Source: Patescibacteria group bacterium
GTDB lineage: Bacteria; Patescibacteriota; Patescibacteriia; Patescibacteriales; UBA12075
NCBI GenBank assembly: GCA_018897195.1
Contig: JAHILH010000005.1
Location: forward strand, 745-64,744
Reading direction: 5' to 3'
Length of the DNA stretch: 64,000 nt
The translations under genes were made by a program, and so were the position numbers. The notes under the pieces are model-generated. The model did no database searches, had not been told where the DNA came from, and worked only from the letters and a program-made list of their open reading frames with translations. The first letter of the stretch is position 1, and each line of letters starts with the position of its first letter. This document shows, piece after piece, positions 49,410 to 58,524 of the stretch.

Positions 49410-50201
49410 ATGGAAACTTTCTTTTCAGCCAGCGGCCACTTTTTGTTTTTTAATAACTTTTTTCCAACAACCGTCCGTTGCGGCATTGCTACGAATTTTT
49501 TTGGTGACTGTAATTATTATTACGAAGGCAGAACCGAAGACTGCATCAAAAATTTGGGTAAAGTTTTTCACGCTTCCGACATTTTTATTCCATTCCCTAA
49601 AAACGAGACAACGATTATCAAGGCGCAAAAAAATGTAGAGACTGGAATAAGAAACATAAGAAGCCTGCTCAAAAAAAGAAAAGAAACACCCGTAATCCAC
49701 AGGGCTGATGGTGACGGCATTATCTTGCGACACAAAAAATTCCACAAATGTCGTCCGCTACTAATCTTTCCTACCGGTGATTGCCCCATTGTTCTTTTGC
49801 ACAATAAAAAAGTGAGCGCCCTGCTCCATTGCGGTTGGCGCGGTCTGCAAGGAAACATTTTATCACTGGCGGTAGAATCCCTGCTGTCACAAAAATTAAT
49901 TGAGCCGGCAAAAACTAAAGCCATCATCTGGCCGGGCATTTGCCAAATGCATTACCCTGTCAGTGAAAATGTCGCCCAATATTTTCCCGACACCGTCAAT
50001 GATGGTTGTCTGGATTTGGCAGGCACGGCACACAAAGAATTATTGTCCTTGAAATTTTCCCGTAAAAACATTACCATCCCAGATTACTGCTCCTTTCATT
50101 CCCAAGAAAATGAAGAAAATATTTTCTCTTCCCATCGCCGTGGCGACACAACTCGCAACGCCGTCTTTATACTCCCCGACCTCCATAACCTCTCTGAATA
50201 A
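49410..50201 (+). CDS. YfiH/PgeF-family (laccase-domain) protein
   Basis: DG, TGDCPI, HCGWRG, PGIC..HY, FSSHRR. Confidence 0.82.
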   Translation: METFFSASGHFLFFNNFFPTTVRCGIATNFFGDCNYYYEGRTEDCIKNLGKVFHASDIFIPFPKNETTIIKAQKNVETGIRNIRSLLKKRKETPVIHRADGDGIILRHKKFHKCRPLLIFPTGDCPIVLLHNKKVSALLHCGWRGLQGNILSLAVESLLSQKLIEPAKTKAIIWPGICQMHYPVSENVAQYFPDTVNDGCLDLAGTAHKELLSLKFSRKNITIPDYCSFHSQENEENIFSSHRRGDTTRNAVFILPDLHNLSE

Positions 50202-50344
50202 GAGAGGTTTTTTCTTTTAGAAACAATGGCTTGCCAAAAAAGTATTTTTCTGCTATATTAAATACAGGTAAGTGAAAGAAAACATCGGTTAAACAAATTA
50301 ACCGCAAATTTTAGCCAAAAAAAGTTCCAAACGCAAGGAGAAAG

Positions 50345-51025
50345 ATGATGAAAAGATGGATACTTATTTCGAGTCTAGTTTTATGTTCACTGCTTCTTTT
50401 TATGGCCCATAATAGAGAAAAACAGGCGCAAACAGCACCTGCTATCAATGAGCCACCGAAAGAAACAAAATTAAGCCCAAACAACTCAAGCTTAGAACCT
50501 GATTCCGATAAAAACAAATTCCTCAGTCGGGAATATTATCGAATCGACCAATCAAGTGTCTGTGAGGATGAAAACACCCACGACACAGCAGAGCCACTCA
50601 ACTTCGATTTTGATCTCAAAAAGTTCGCCAAAAAAATGCGGGAACATGACAAAATCATCGGACCTGCCTCGCAAAAACACCAAATGCCCAAAAAACTGAT
50701 TGCAGCCGTTATTCGCGTTGAATCAAATTGGGACACTCTCGCCGTATCAAAAAACGGCGCCAAGGGGTTAATGCAATTAAATCCGATAACTCAAGAAGAG
50801 ACCGAAGTCAAAAACCCTTTCAACGCAAAAGAAAACGTTGATGGCGGCACAGAATACCTCGGAAAGATGTGCAAAGAGTTTGGAAGCATTGAGCTTGGTC
50901 TAATTGCCAACAATATTGGACCAACACGGTTAAGAAAAATATTAGCCGGCAAAGAACGCGGTAAAATACCCCCAAGCGCAAAAAAATACGCGCAGAAGGT
51001 TCTGTATTTATACCAAAACGTTTAA
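50345..51025 (+). CDS. SLT-domain lytic transglycosylase, secreted or anchored
   Basis: AVIRVES, SKNGAKGLMQL, N..GG..YL; N-terminal hydrophobic segment. Confidence 0.9.
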   Translation: MMKRWILISSLVLCSLLLFMAHNREKQAQTAPAINEPPKETKLSPNNSSLEPDSDKNKFLSREYYRIDQSSVCEDENTHDTAEPLNFDFDLKKFAKKMREHDKIIGPASQKHQMPKKLIAAVIRVESNWDTLAVSKNGAKGLMQLNPITQEETEVKNPFNAKENVDGGTEYLGKMCKEFGSIELGLIANNIGPTRLRKILAGKERGKIPPSAKKYAQKVLYLYQNV

Positions 51026-51047
51026 ATTCACTTACCTGAAAAAAACC

Positions 51048-51079
51048 AAGGCATAACCCTGAGAAGTTATGCCTTTTTT
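51048..51079. terminator. Intrinsic terminator, copy 1 of an identical pair
   Basis: AAGGCATAAC-CCTGAGAA-GTTATGCCTT-TTT. Confidence 0.8.
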
Positions 51080-51098
51080 ATTTTGCCAAAAAAATAAT

Positions 51099-51416
51099 TT
51101 ATTTCTTCGAATACGGCAAGCTCGCTGCTGTAATCGAAATCAATTCCCGCAACCACCCGCGCTCTTCAATCCGATCACCATCAATCACCATCGAAGGCTT
51201 CGCTCCTTCCCAAGCACAACCCTCTTGATAATAATCGCCAACAAACTTCTTCCCCGCCTCGGTGATTTTCAAAAACAAAGTATCATCGCAAACAAAACCA
51301 ACCACCTTTCCGTCGCAATACAAAGCATACTCACCAAACATTTTTCGCGTTCTGATGTCATCCGCTGGATCTAATTGATCCAGAATAAAATCCATGGTTG
51401 ATTGGCTTGTTGCCAT
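51099..51416 (-). CDS. TfoX/Sxy N-terminal domain protein
   Basis: RKMFGEYALYCDGKVVGFVCDDTLFLK. Confidence 0.88.
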   Translation of the reverse strand: MATSQSTMDFILDQLDPADDIRTRKMFGEYALYCDGKVVGFVCDDTLFLKITEAGKKFVGDYYQEGCAWEGAKPSMVIDGDRIEERGWLRELISITAASLPYSKK

Positions 51417-51591
51417 ATATTTATTCTTAAATTAAAACTATATACATCATAAAAATATCATAAAATATATAAATAGTCACGACAAATCATTCTTGACATA
51501 TCTTGCGAATTGTGCTAACATTGTATATTCTACAAAAAGTAGACAGCACATTCAACAATCAATACAACTAAACAATATAAGAAGGAAAGAA

Positions 51592-52230
51592 ATGCTTAAA
51601 AAAATCCTAATGATTATAAACGGTGCAAGAAGCAGAGAATCTTTTTTTCTAATCATCGCCTCATTTTTTCCAACGACTGATTGGAGATATAAGCTTATTG
51701 AAAAAGCTTACAATGATGCAAAAGACGCTTTTCGCGGCAGATTTCGGGACAGTGGCGACGAAAGATATTTTGAACACATCCGAGCAGTTACTCTTATCCT
51801 CATTCTTTATCTGAGGGTTACAAATTACAAACTGATTGTCGCTGCCCTTCTGCATGATATCGTCGAAGATATTCCATCTTGGACAATAGCACGCGTAACA
51901 AAAGAATACGGCGAAGAAATTGCAGCATACGTCGACTCACTGACAAAGCCAAGTCATCTCTTTAAAGACAAAGAGAAATGCAACGAAGTTTACCATCGAC
52001 GATTCGAGAATGCCAGACGAGCATTTTTCCTAATCAAGCTCGCTGATCGACTTCATAATTTGCTAACCCTCTGGGCCTGCTCAAAAGAAAAAAGATTACG
52101 AAAGGTAATTGAAACAGAAATTCACTACCTTCCTTATGCCGAAAAGCATTTCATTCTTTATCATGAAATACTAGCGGCTATTGAATCGTTGAAACAAGAA
52201 AAAAAGTCCACCAAAAAGAAAACTGTGTAA
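51592..52230 (+). CDS. RelA/SpoT-type HD hydrolase (small alarmone hydrolase-like)
   Basis: RDSG..Y..H, LLHDIVED, IKLADRLHN; start set at ATG 51592. Confidence 0.85.
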   Translation: MLKKILMIINGARSRESFFLIIASFFPTTDWRYKLIEKAYNDAKDAFRGRFRDSGDERYFEHIRAVTLILILYLRVTNYKLIVAALLHDIVEDIPSWTIARVTKEYGEEIAAYVDSLTKPSHLFKDKEKCNEVYHRRFENARRAFFLIKLADRLHNLLTLWACSKEKRLRKVIETEIHYLPYAEKHFILYHEILAAIESLKQEKKSTKKKTV

Positions 52231-52253
52231 ACAGTAAAGGAGTAAAAATACAA

Positions 52254-52284
52254 AAGGCATAACCCTGAGAAGTTATGCCTTTTT
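52254..52284. terminator. Intrinsic terminator, copy 2 of an identical pair
   Basis: Same 31 bp as 51048-51078. Confidence 0.8.
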
Positions 52285-52299
52285 AATTTACACTAATTA

Positions 52300-52767
52300 T
52301 TAATGATTACTTTTTAATTCTAACAAGCGCTGATACTGCCACTCTCGCTCCTTTATAACCCTTGCCAGAACATCGCCTTTTTTAACATTATCTCTAATCG
52401 CTGTCGCTGCATAAATCGCCGCCACAATTGCATGACCAGGCGCATGCACCGTCGCCACCGCCTGTCCAGCCGCCCGCGCCGCGGAACGTGCCGCACTATA
52501 TTCCTCAGCATCGCGCGCCGCTGCATGTGACGCCAGAGACGCCCCACGAATAACAGCCATCTTAAATACACCCGTCTTCACCCACAAACGCCCCACCGCA
52601 ATCGCCAATCGCGGACGTTTGTCGCCTGTATATTTTTTCTCAAAATAAGGCAACGCCCGCTTCGCGCAATCACACGCCCAAATCACCAAGGTTTTCTTAT
52701 CCGTTTTCCAGGCCAATGCAGCGATTTGTTCATCTAATTCAGTTTTGACCATTATTGGTTTTTTCAT
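52300..52767 (-). CDS. Imm5-like (putative immunity) protein
   Basis: WA.DCA...L..FE....D.RPR.AI, AARAAGQAVAT.H...HA, EREWQ. Confidence 0.78.
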   Translation of the reverse strand: MKKPIMVKTELDEQIAALAWKTDKKTLVIWACDCAKRALPYFEKKYTGDKRPRLAIAVGRLWVKTGVFKMAVIRGASLASHAAARDAEEYSAARSAARAAGQAVATVHAPGHAIVAAIYAATAIRDNVKKGDVLARVIKEREWQYQRLLELKSNH

Positions 52768-52788
52768 TTTTTTAAATTAATGATTGTG

Positions 52789-53391
52789 CTACAAAAAAGA
52801 AAAAACATGACTATCGTCCGGATGAGAATCTTTTGACAATAACAATACTTCGGAATTGCCAAAATGAAATTGTGTTAAGACATTTTTCCAATCTAGCTTA
52901 TAGTAGGCAGTATAAATCATTTTACCAATATCTCCATGACAAACCAACAATACGCTTTTGCCATGACCATGATTTGAAACTTTTTCAATTATAATCTTTC
53001 CTCGTTCAACAAGATCAGGAAATGTCTCAGCACCTTCCGGATTTAAAAAATAAGTAATTGTGTCGGTCTTAATAATATCGGGAGTACACAATGATTCAAT
53101 ATCTTTGGCCGGCAAACCAGTTAGAACACCAAAATTTCGCTCAATTAATTCCAGCAAAACTTCAGGTTCTTTAACACCAATTGTCGAGGCAATAATTTCT
53201 GCCGTCTTTTTTGCTCTTTGCAATGGCGAACAATATATCGCCTCGAAATTCAAACCAGCCTCCTTAATTTCTTTCGCAAGCGCATTCGCCTGCTCAATTC
53301 CAAGGTCGGTTAATGGCATATCACGATGACCATTTAAAATACCTTTGATATTGTCTTGGTCTTGACCATGTCTGGCTAAATATATTTTCAT
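52789..53391 (-). CDS. Histidine phosphatase family protein
   Basis: RHG, SPLQRA, ERNFG, VCHG. Confidence 0.92.
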   Translation of the reverse strand: MKIYLARHGQDQDNIKGILNGHRDMPLTDLGIEQANALAKEIKEAGLNFEAIYCSPLQRAKKTAEIIASTIGVKEPEVLLELIERNFGVLTGLPAKDIESLCTPDIIKTDTITYFLNPEGAETFPDLVERGKIIIEKVSNHGHGKSVLLVCHGDIGKMIYTAYYKLDWKNVLTQFHFGNSEVLLLSKDSHPDDSHVFSFL

Positions 53392-53400
53392 AAGTTTTCT

Positions 53401-53422
53401 TGCGGAGAAGGAGGGATTCGAA
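53401..53422 (-). other. tRNA-Ser 3'-end fragment, probable att site
   Basis: TTCGAATCCCTCCTTCTCCGCA with no matching 5' tRNA half. Confidence 0.75.
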
Positions 53423-53685
53423 AACTACTTTCGTGTTTTCATCAACGTCTTATAAACATTGACTTTGTTTGATATCATTGAGAAGTTAGCGACAAAACAG
53501 CTTTCTCAACTGTTCTCAAATACATTAAAATTCTCTAACCATCCTTACTGCTTTGACACAAAGTTTGCCACAATCTGTGATGAACGCAACATTGGAAGTA
53601 GTAAGGCGGGGGGGGTTAAAATTCGGAATCAAATATAAAAGGCGGGGGTATTTTATAGTGTATATACACGGCTTAGAAATAAGGA

Positions 53686-54570
53686 TTACAAAGTCTCTTC
53701 GTACGACTGCTTGATTATTTCAAAAACGTCATCAACCTCTTTTAATGTTTTTATTTTAATTCTACCCTTATAGCCCCACATGTGGGTGCTTATATCATTT
53801 ACTATTTTTTTTGGATCGTTATATTTAGGACTTCTAACTAAAACATCTAAAACGGTTTTCCCAAATTCAAATCGGATAAAACTTTTGGTTGTTCGATATG
53901 TAATACCAGTTTTCTGATTTGCCACCTCTTCAACCTCTGGCAATGCCTGAATTTTTTCTTGTAATTTATAAAAAATATCTTTTATCTCGTCTGTTGATTT
54001 ATGTCGGTTGAGATGAAAATTAATATCATAAGCTTCTTCTCCTTCAACTTCTATTTGCACAATATCTTCTTTTAATTTTTTAGACTTATTAGGCATGTAA
54101 ACATTTTCCAAGTATAAAATGTCCTGATTATACGGCACATATTTAATCAATTCCACACTATCCACTTGCTGAACTGCAATTATAGTCCGCTTGTCGAAGC
54201 CTTGAGCTACTAAAATTACACGTGGACTTGTCCAGTTAACCTTTATTTCCCTGCCAAGCTTATCGGCAACCAATAGATCAAAATGTCTTTTATTATTTTT
54301 AAGCCAATCAAAATAAAAAAGCCCCTGAACAAAGATGGCATTATCTTGACCCCATTTGTATTCAATAATTACTGGAGAATTAGTTTCATCAAGTGCTAAA
54401 GTATCAATTCGCCCATCGGTTGTTGGGTATTCAATCGACAAAAATCTCATACCCAATAACTGCTCAAGATTATCAGCAAAAAAATCCCTTAATTCGGCCT
54501 CGTTTTTAAAATGGTTGATATTAGAGTAAACTTGATTGGCTTTTTTGTTTTTGATTTGAAAAATTGGCAT
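53686..54570 (-). CDS. NucS-like PD-(D/E)xK endonuclease fused to DUF5655-like domain
   Basis: E..LR, GRIDTLALD...VIIEYK...QGLFY. Confidence 0.75.
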   Translation of the reverse strand: MPIFQIKNKKANQVYSNINHFKNEAELRDFFADNLEQLLGMRFLSIEYPTTDGRIDTLALDETNSPVIIEYKWGQDNAIFVQGLFYFDWLKNNKRHFDLLVADKLGREIKVNWTSPRVILVAQGFDKRTIIAVQQVDSVELIKYVPYNQDILYLENVYMPNKSKKLKEDIVQIEVEGEEAYDINFHLNRHKSTDEIKDIFYKLQEKIQALPEVEEVANQKTGITYRTTKSFIRFEFGKTVLDVLVRSPKYNDPKKIVNDISTHMWGYKGRIKIKTLKEVDDVFEIIKQSYEETL

Positions 54571-54772
54571 AATGTTTTGTTATTATTTCATTATATAAAT
54601 GACTATTATTTTATACTTAAATTTACAGCAACTTTTGTTGCAATATTTATAATATTTTTAGCAATCACAAATAGGAGAATTTCTTATCACTCAGTAAAAT
54701 CGCTTAGATTAATAATTAATGGCATAAATGTTTTTATACGTTTATCACTTATTATATTGAATGCCTCCCCCT

Positions 54773-57571
54773 CTACCACTCAAACATGTCAACAATATTC
54801 TCAATCGCGCCCTTGATGCGATCCACAATCCCCTGTCGCTCTAAAATCCTTGGTGCCTTGGGCAGTAAATCAACAATCTCTTGTCCTTGTGGTAATCGTT
54901 GCGTGTATAGATATTCACCAATCAGTTGCTCAATCTTTTCAACGGGAATATTTTCCGCTTGGGCGATATTCTTCAATGAGTTCGAGCGCTCACTAGCCCA
55001 GAAATCACTAAAGGCTTTTTCAACATTGTCAGACTTGTCGATCTTGGGCAGATTTTCTTCGATAAACTTTCTAATTAAATCTTTCTTCATACGCAGTTTA
55101 ACATCGCGGTCGAAGATACGCAAAATCTCTTCGGTCTTTTTCTCGCGCACCGCCTTGGAGCTGATATTTTTTAAGCCCGCAATCAGTTGAATAATGTAAT
55201 CAAAATTAATCACATCGCGCATGGTCAGTTCTAATTCAAAATCAATCTGATCCAAAATCGATTCCACGCTACTGTCGTGGTTTTTTCGTTCCTCGTGAAT
55301 ATCTAAATACTTGCTTTGGTAATCGTAAAATTCCTGCTCGGAGATGCCTAGGTCGGTAAACGAAAACTCAGCGAAGGTTTCGAGTGACGACTTAATGCGC
55401 AATAAGTCGCGGAATGATTTTACAAATTCAGCTTTTTCCTCTTCACTCTTTAGAGTGTCGATCGAATCTAGCGTTGGCACTTTCTCTCGCAACTCTACTA
55501 GTTTATTTTCAAACTCATTTTTTTGTTCTTCGTATGGCTTTTTAAATACTACTTCTTTCGCATTTTCATCACCAAAAAGTGCCAAGGCTTTGTCGGTGGC
55601 TACTTTTAAATTTCTGAATGACACGATATTACCATGTGGCTTATCGGAGTCCAACAATCTGTTCGTTCTGGAATACGCCTGAATCAAGCCATGGTAACGC
55701 AAATTTTTATCGACATACAAAGTGTTAAGCCTTGGACTGTCAAAGCCAGTCAAAAACATATTGACCACCAGAATTAAATCAACCTCCTTGTTCTTGATTC
55801 GCTTTTGTAAATCGCGGTAATAGTCATAAAATCTATCAGTAGTAAAATTGGTTGAAAATGTCTTGTTATAATCTTTGATACAATCTTCCAAGAAATCGCG
55901 TGAGTGTTTATTACCCGCTGTGCCCTCACCTGCGAATACATCCACATCCAGCATGTCAGAGCTGTCATCCTCATTGGCTTGATAGGTAAATATTGTCGCG
56001 ATTTTAAAATCGTCTGCCTTCTTCTTTTTAAATAATGAATAATATCTTTTCAAAACTTCAATATTAGTTACCGCAAATAGTGCATTAAACTTTCCATTCT
56101 TTGTTTTTCGTTTCCAATCCGCCAAGACATAGTCAGCGATCTTATTCAATCGATCATCACTCTCCAAGATTTCTTTTGTATCAATCCCCTCCACCAAGGT
56201 CTCGGCAAAAATATCCGCATCCAAAGTGTCAGGATCTTTTTGTGTGTATTTGCCAACATACTCGACAGCGAAGCCAAGCACATTGTCATCAGAGATGGCA
56301 TGCGTAATAATATAACGATGTAAACACTCGCCAAAAACATCAGCCGTGGTCACTCCACCAACATTATTATCGGCGAATATCGGTGTGCCTGTAAAACCAA
56401 AGAGCTGTGCCTTTTTGAAGAATTTTTTAATTCGTCCGTGCGTCTGTCCGAATTGACTACGATGGCATTCATCGAAGATGATTACCACTTTTTCATCGAC
56501 CAAATAGTCGAATTGCTTTAGATACGCCTCTCGCCCAATGGCAATGTCTAACTTCTGTATAGTAGTCACAATCAATTTTCGATTCTTATCCTTGAGTTGT
56601 TTCACCAAGCTCATCGTGTTATCGGTGCCGTCCACTGAGCCATCAGAAAAAGAATTAAATTCTTTCGTCGTTTGAATGTCTAAATCCTTGCGATCCACCA
56701 CAAATAAAACTTTCTTCACCTCTGGCATCTGTGCCAAAATCTGACTCGCCTTAAACGAGGTCAATGTCTTACCTGATCCAGTCGTATGCCAAATATAGCC
56801 ATTCTTATCTGACTCACGCACGCGTTCCTCAATCTCTTTAACAGCATAATATTGATAAGGTCGCAGTGTCATGGGAATTTGCAACGATTCAGCTAGCACA
56901 ATATACTCCGCAATCATTTCCGACACGGTGCATTTTTCCAAGAACGCATCAGCAAACTCATCCAGCTTGGTAATTTTACAGTTATCCGCATCAGTCCAAT
57001 AAAAAGTCTGCTCGAATGACTGTTTCGGATTGTTAGAAAAATATTTAGTATTTACACCATTAGAAATCACAAAGATCTGCACATACTCAAAAAGCGTTCC
57101 CGTAAACGAGTGCTTATGATACCGCTGAATCTGATTAAAAGCCTCCTTCATCTCCACCCCTCGGCGCTTGAGCTCAATATGCACCAATGGCAAGCCATTA
57201 ACGAGCAAAGTCACATCGTAGCGATTTTCATATCGTCCAACTTGAGTGATTTGATTGGTTACTTGGTATTCATTCTTACACCATTGATCCATATTAAAAA
57301 ACCGCACATAAAAAGTGCTCTCATCGTCACGAGCTAACGCAAATCGGTCTCGCAATATTTTCGCTTTTTGAAAACGATCGCCTTTGTTTAGGTGATTCAA
57401 TATGCGAGTGAACTCGGCATCGGAAAATACTGCTTGATTAAACAACTCTAACTGAGCGCGAAGATTTAGCATCAACGCGTCGTTGTCTTCAATGACAACG
57501 CCAGCAAAGCCTAGACGGTTTAGTTGCTCAATTAATGTTTTTTCTAGTTGTTGTTCGGATTGGTGGGTCAT
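54773..57571 (-). CDS. hsdR: Type I restriction endonuclease subunit R (EcoR124I-like)
   Basis: RYDVTLLVNGLPLVHIELK, HTTGSGKT, DECHRS, FTGTP, QAYSRTNR. Confidence 0.96.
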   Translation of the reverse strand: MTHQSEQQLEKTLIEQLNRLGFAGVVIEDNDALMLNLRAQLELFNQAVFSDAEFTRILNHLNKGDRFQKAKILRDRFALARDDESTFYVRFFNMDQWCKNEYQVTNQITQVGRYENRYDVTLLVNGLPLVHIELKRRGVEMKEAFNQIQRYHKHSFTGTLFEYVQIFVISNGVNTKYFSNNPKQSFEQTFYWTDADNCKITKLDEFADAFLEKCTVSEMIAEYIVLAESLQIPMTLRPYQYYAVKEIEERVRESDKNGYIWHTTGSGKTLTSFKASQILAQMPEVKKVLFVVDRKDLDIQTTKEFNSFSDGSVDGTDNTMSLVKQLKDKNRKLIVTTIQKLDIAIGREAYLKQFDYLVDEKVVIIFDECHRSQFGQTHGRIKKFFKKAQLFGFTGTPIFADNNVGGVTTADVFGECLHRYIITHAISDDNVLGFAVEYVGKYTQKDPDTLDADIFAETLVEGIDTKEILESDDRLNKIADYVLADWKRKTKNGKFNALFAVTNIEVLKRYYSLFKKKKADDFKIATIFTYQANEDDSSDMLDVDVFAGEGTAGNKHSRDFLEDCIKDYNKTFSTNFTTDRFYDYYRDLQKRIKNKEVDLILVVNMFLTGFDSPRLNTLYVDKNLRYHGLIQAYSRTNRLLDSDKPHGNIVSFRNLKVATDKALALFGDENAKEVVFKKPYEEQKNEFENKLVELREKVPTLDSIDTLKSEEEKAEFVKSFRDLLRIKSSLETFAEFSFTDLGISEQEFYDYQSKYLDIHEERKNHDSSVESILDQIDFELELTMRDVINFDYIIQLIAGLKNISSKAVREKKTEEILRIFDRDVKLRMKKDLIRKFIEENLPKIDKSDNVEKAFSDFWASERSNSLKNIAQAENIPVEKIEQLIGEYLYTQRLPQGQEIVDLLPKAPRILERQGIVDRIKGAIENIVDMFEW

Positions 57572-58425
57572 AAATTATTGTTAACATATCTCAGTAGCAA
57601 TCCCGTTTGGTATATTAAAAATTCATTTTCAGAATCATTAATTTCACCATCGTTGTGCTTACTATTTTCATTAAAATATGTATCAAGATAATTAAAAATT
57701 GATCCAATTATATTTCGCACTTGTGCATCGCGTCCATCTGTTTTTAATTTTTTTTGTAATTCCAGAATATTGGCATTTAACCCTCTTGTATTTTTCATTA
57801 CATATTTCAAAAACTCTTCCAAAGTCCTACGAAGACTATCTGCTGATTTTATATAATTTTTTGCTTGATAAAATTTTAATGCCTGGACAAAATGATCAGC
57901 GCTATTACTCTTTAAAAATGACAGAGGATGATCAACTAATTTGTCGTCAAGAACTTCTTCACCTTTTGGATATAAAATAACATCATCACCTGCGACCGTA
58001 ATTGATAAATTTATGTCTGAATAATTAACTGCATCTAAAACTTTATCGTAAAGTATACTTCTGCTATATATATCACGACGATCATATCCAGTTCGTGATG
58101 ATATTTCTAATGAAAAGATCAACTCAATTAGACGATAAAATTCTTTTTCACTATTTTCCTGATATAGCCGATTTTCTATGTTTTTACTCCACACACGATC
58201 CCCAAAGGTTTCGCTTTTCCACACTTCTTCAATTCCGTAATACTGGCAAAACAAAGAAACACTTTCTTTGCTCACATAACTATCAATATTCTTAAAAATA
58301 TTTAAAATTCTTGTCTTGAATTTTTTAAATGCCTCCTCGTAAGATTCTGAGGATTCGACACTCCACCTTTTATTAAATTTCTCCATTCGTTCTCTTAGAT
58401 TCATATTATTTATTTCAACAACCAT
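57568..58425 (-). CDS. Hypothetical protein, possibly Abi/HEPN-like C-terminus
   Basis: LRRTLEEFLK...FNENSKHND...EFLIY; GTGA/ATGA-type overlap with hsdR start. Confidence 0.65.
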   Translation of the reverse strand: MVVEINNMNLRERMEKFNKRWSVESSESYEEAFKKFKTRILNIFKNIDSYVSKESVSLFCQYYGIEEVWKSETFGDRVWSKNIENRLYQENSEKEFYRLIELIFSLEISSRTGYDRRDIYSRSILYDKVLDAVNYSDINLSITVAGDDVILYPKGEEVLDDKLVDHPLSFLKSNSADHFVQALKFYQAKNYIKSADSLRRTLEEFLKYVMKNTRGLNANILELQKKLKTDGRDAQVRNIIGSIFNYLDTYFNENSKHNDGEINDSENEFLIYQTGLLLRYVNNNL

Positions 58426-58524
58426 CTGACCACCTCACCCACACTCTCTAGATTGAGCGATGCGTTGTTTGTTTTAATTATTATTCCAACCAAATTAAAT
58501 GCAAAATATCGTGAATCTTATATA

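Noticed and set aside
54511..54816. 101-aa hydrophobic plus-strand ORF
   Set aside because: AT-rich intergenic read-through overlapping both neighbours antisense; no SD
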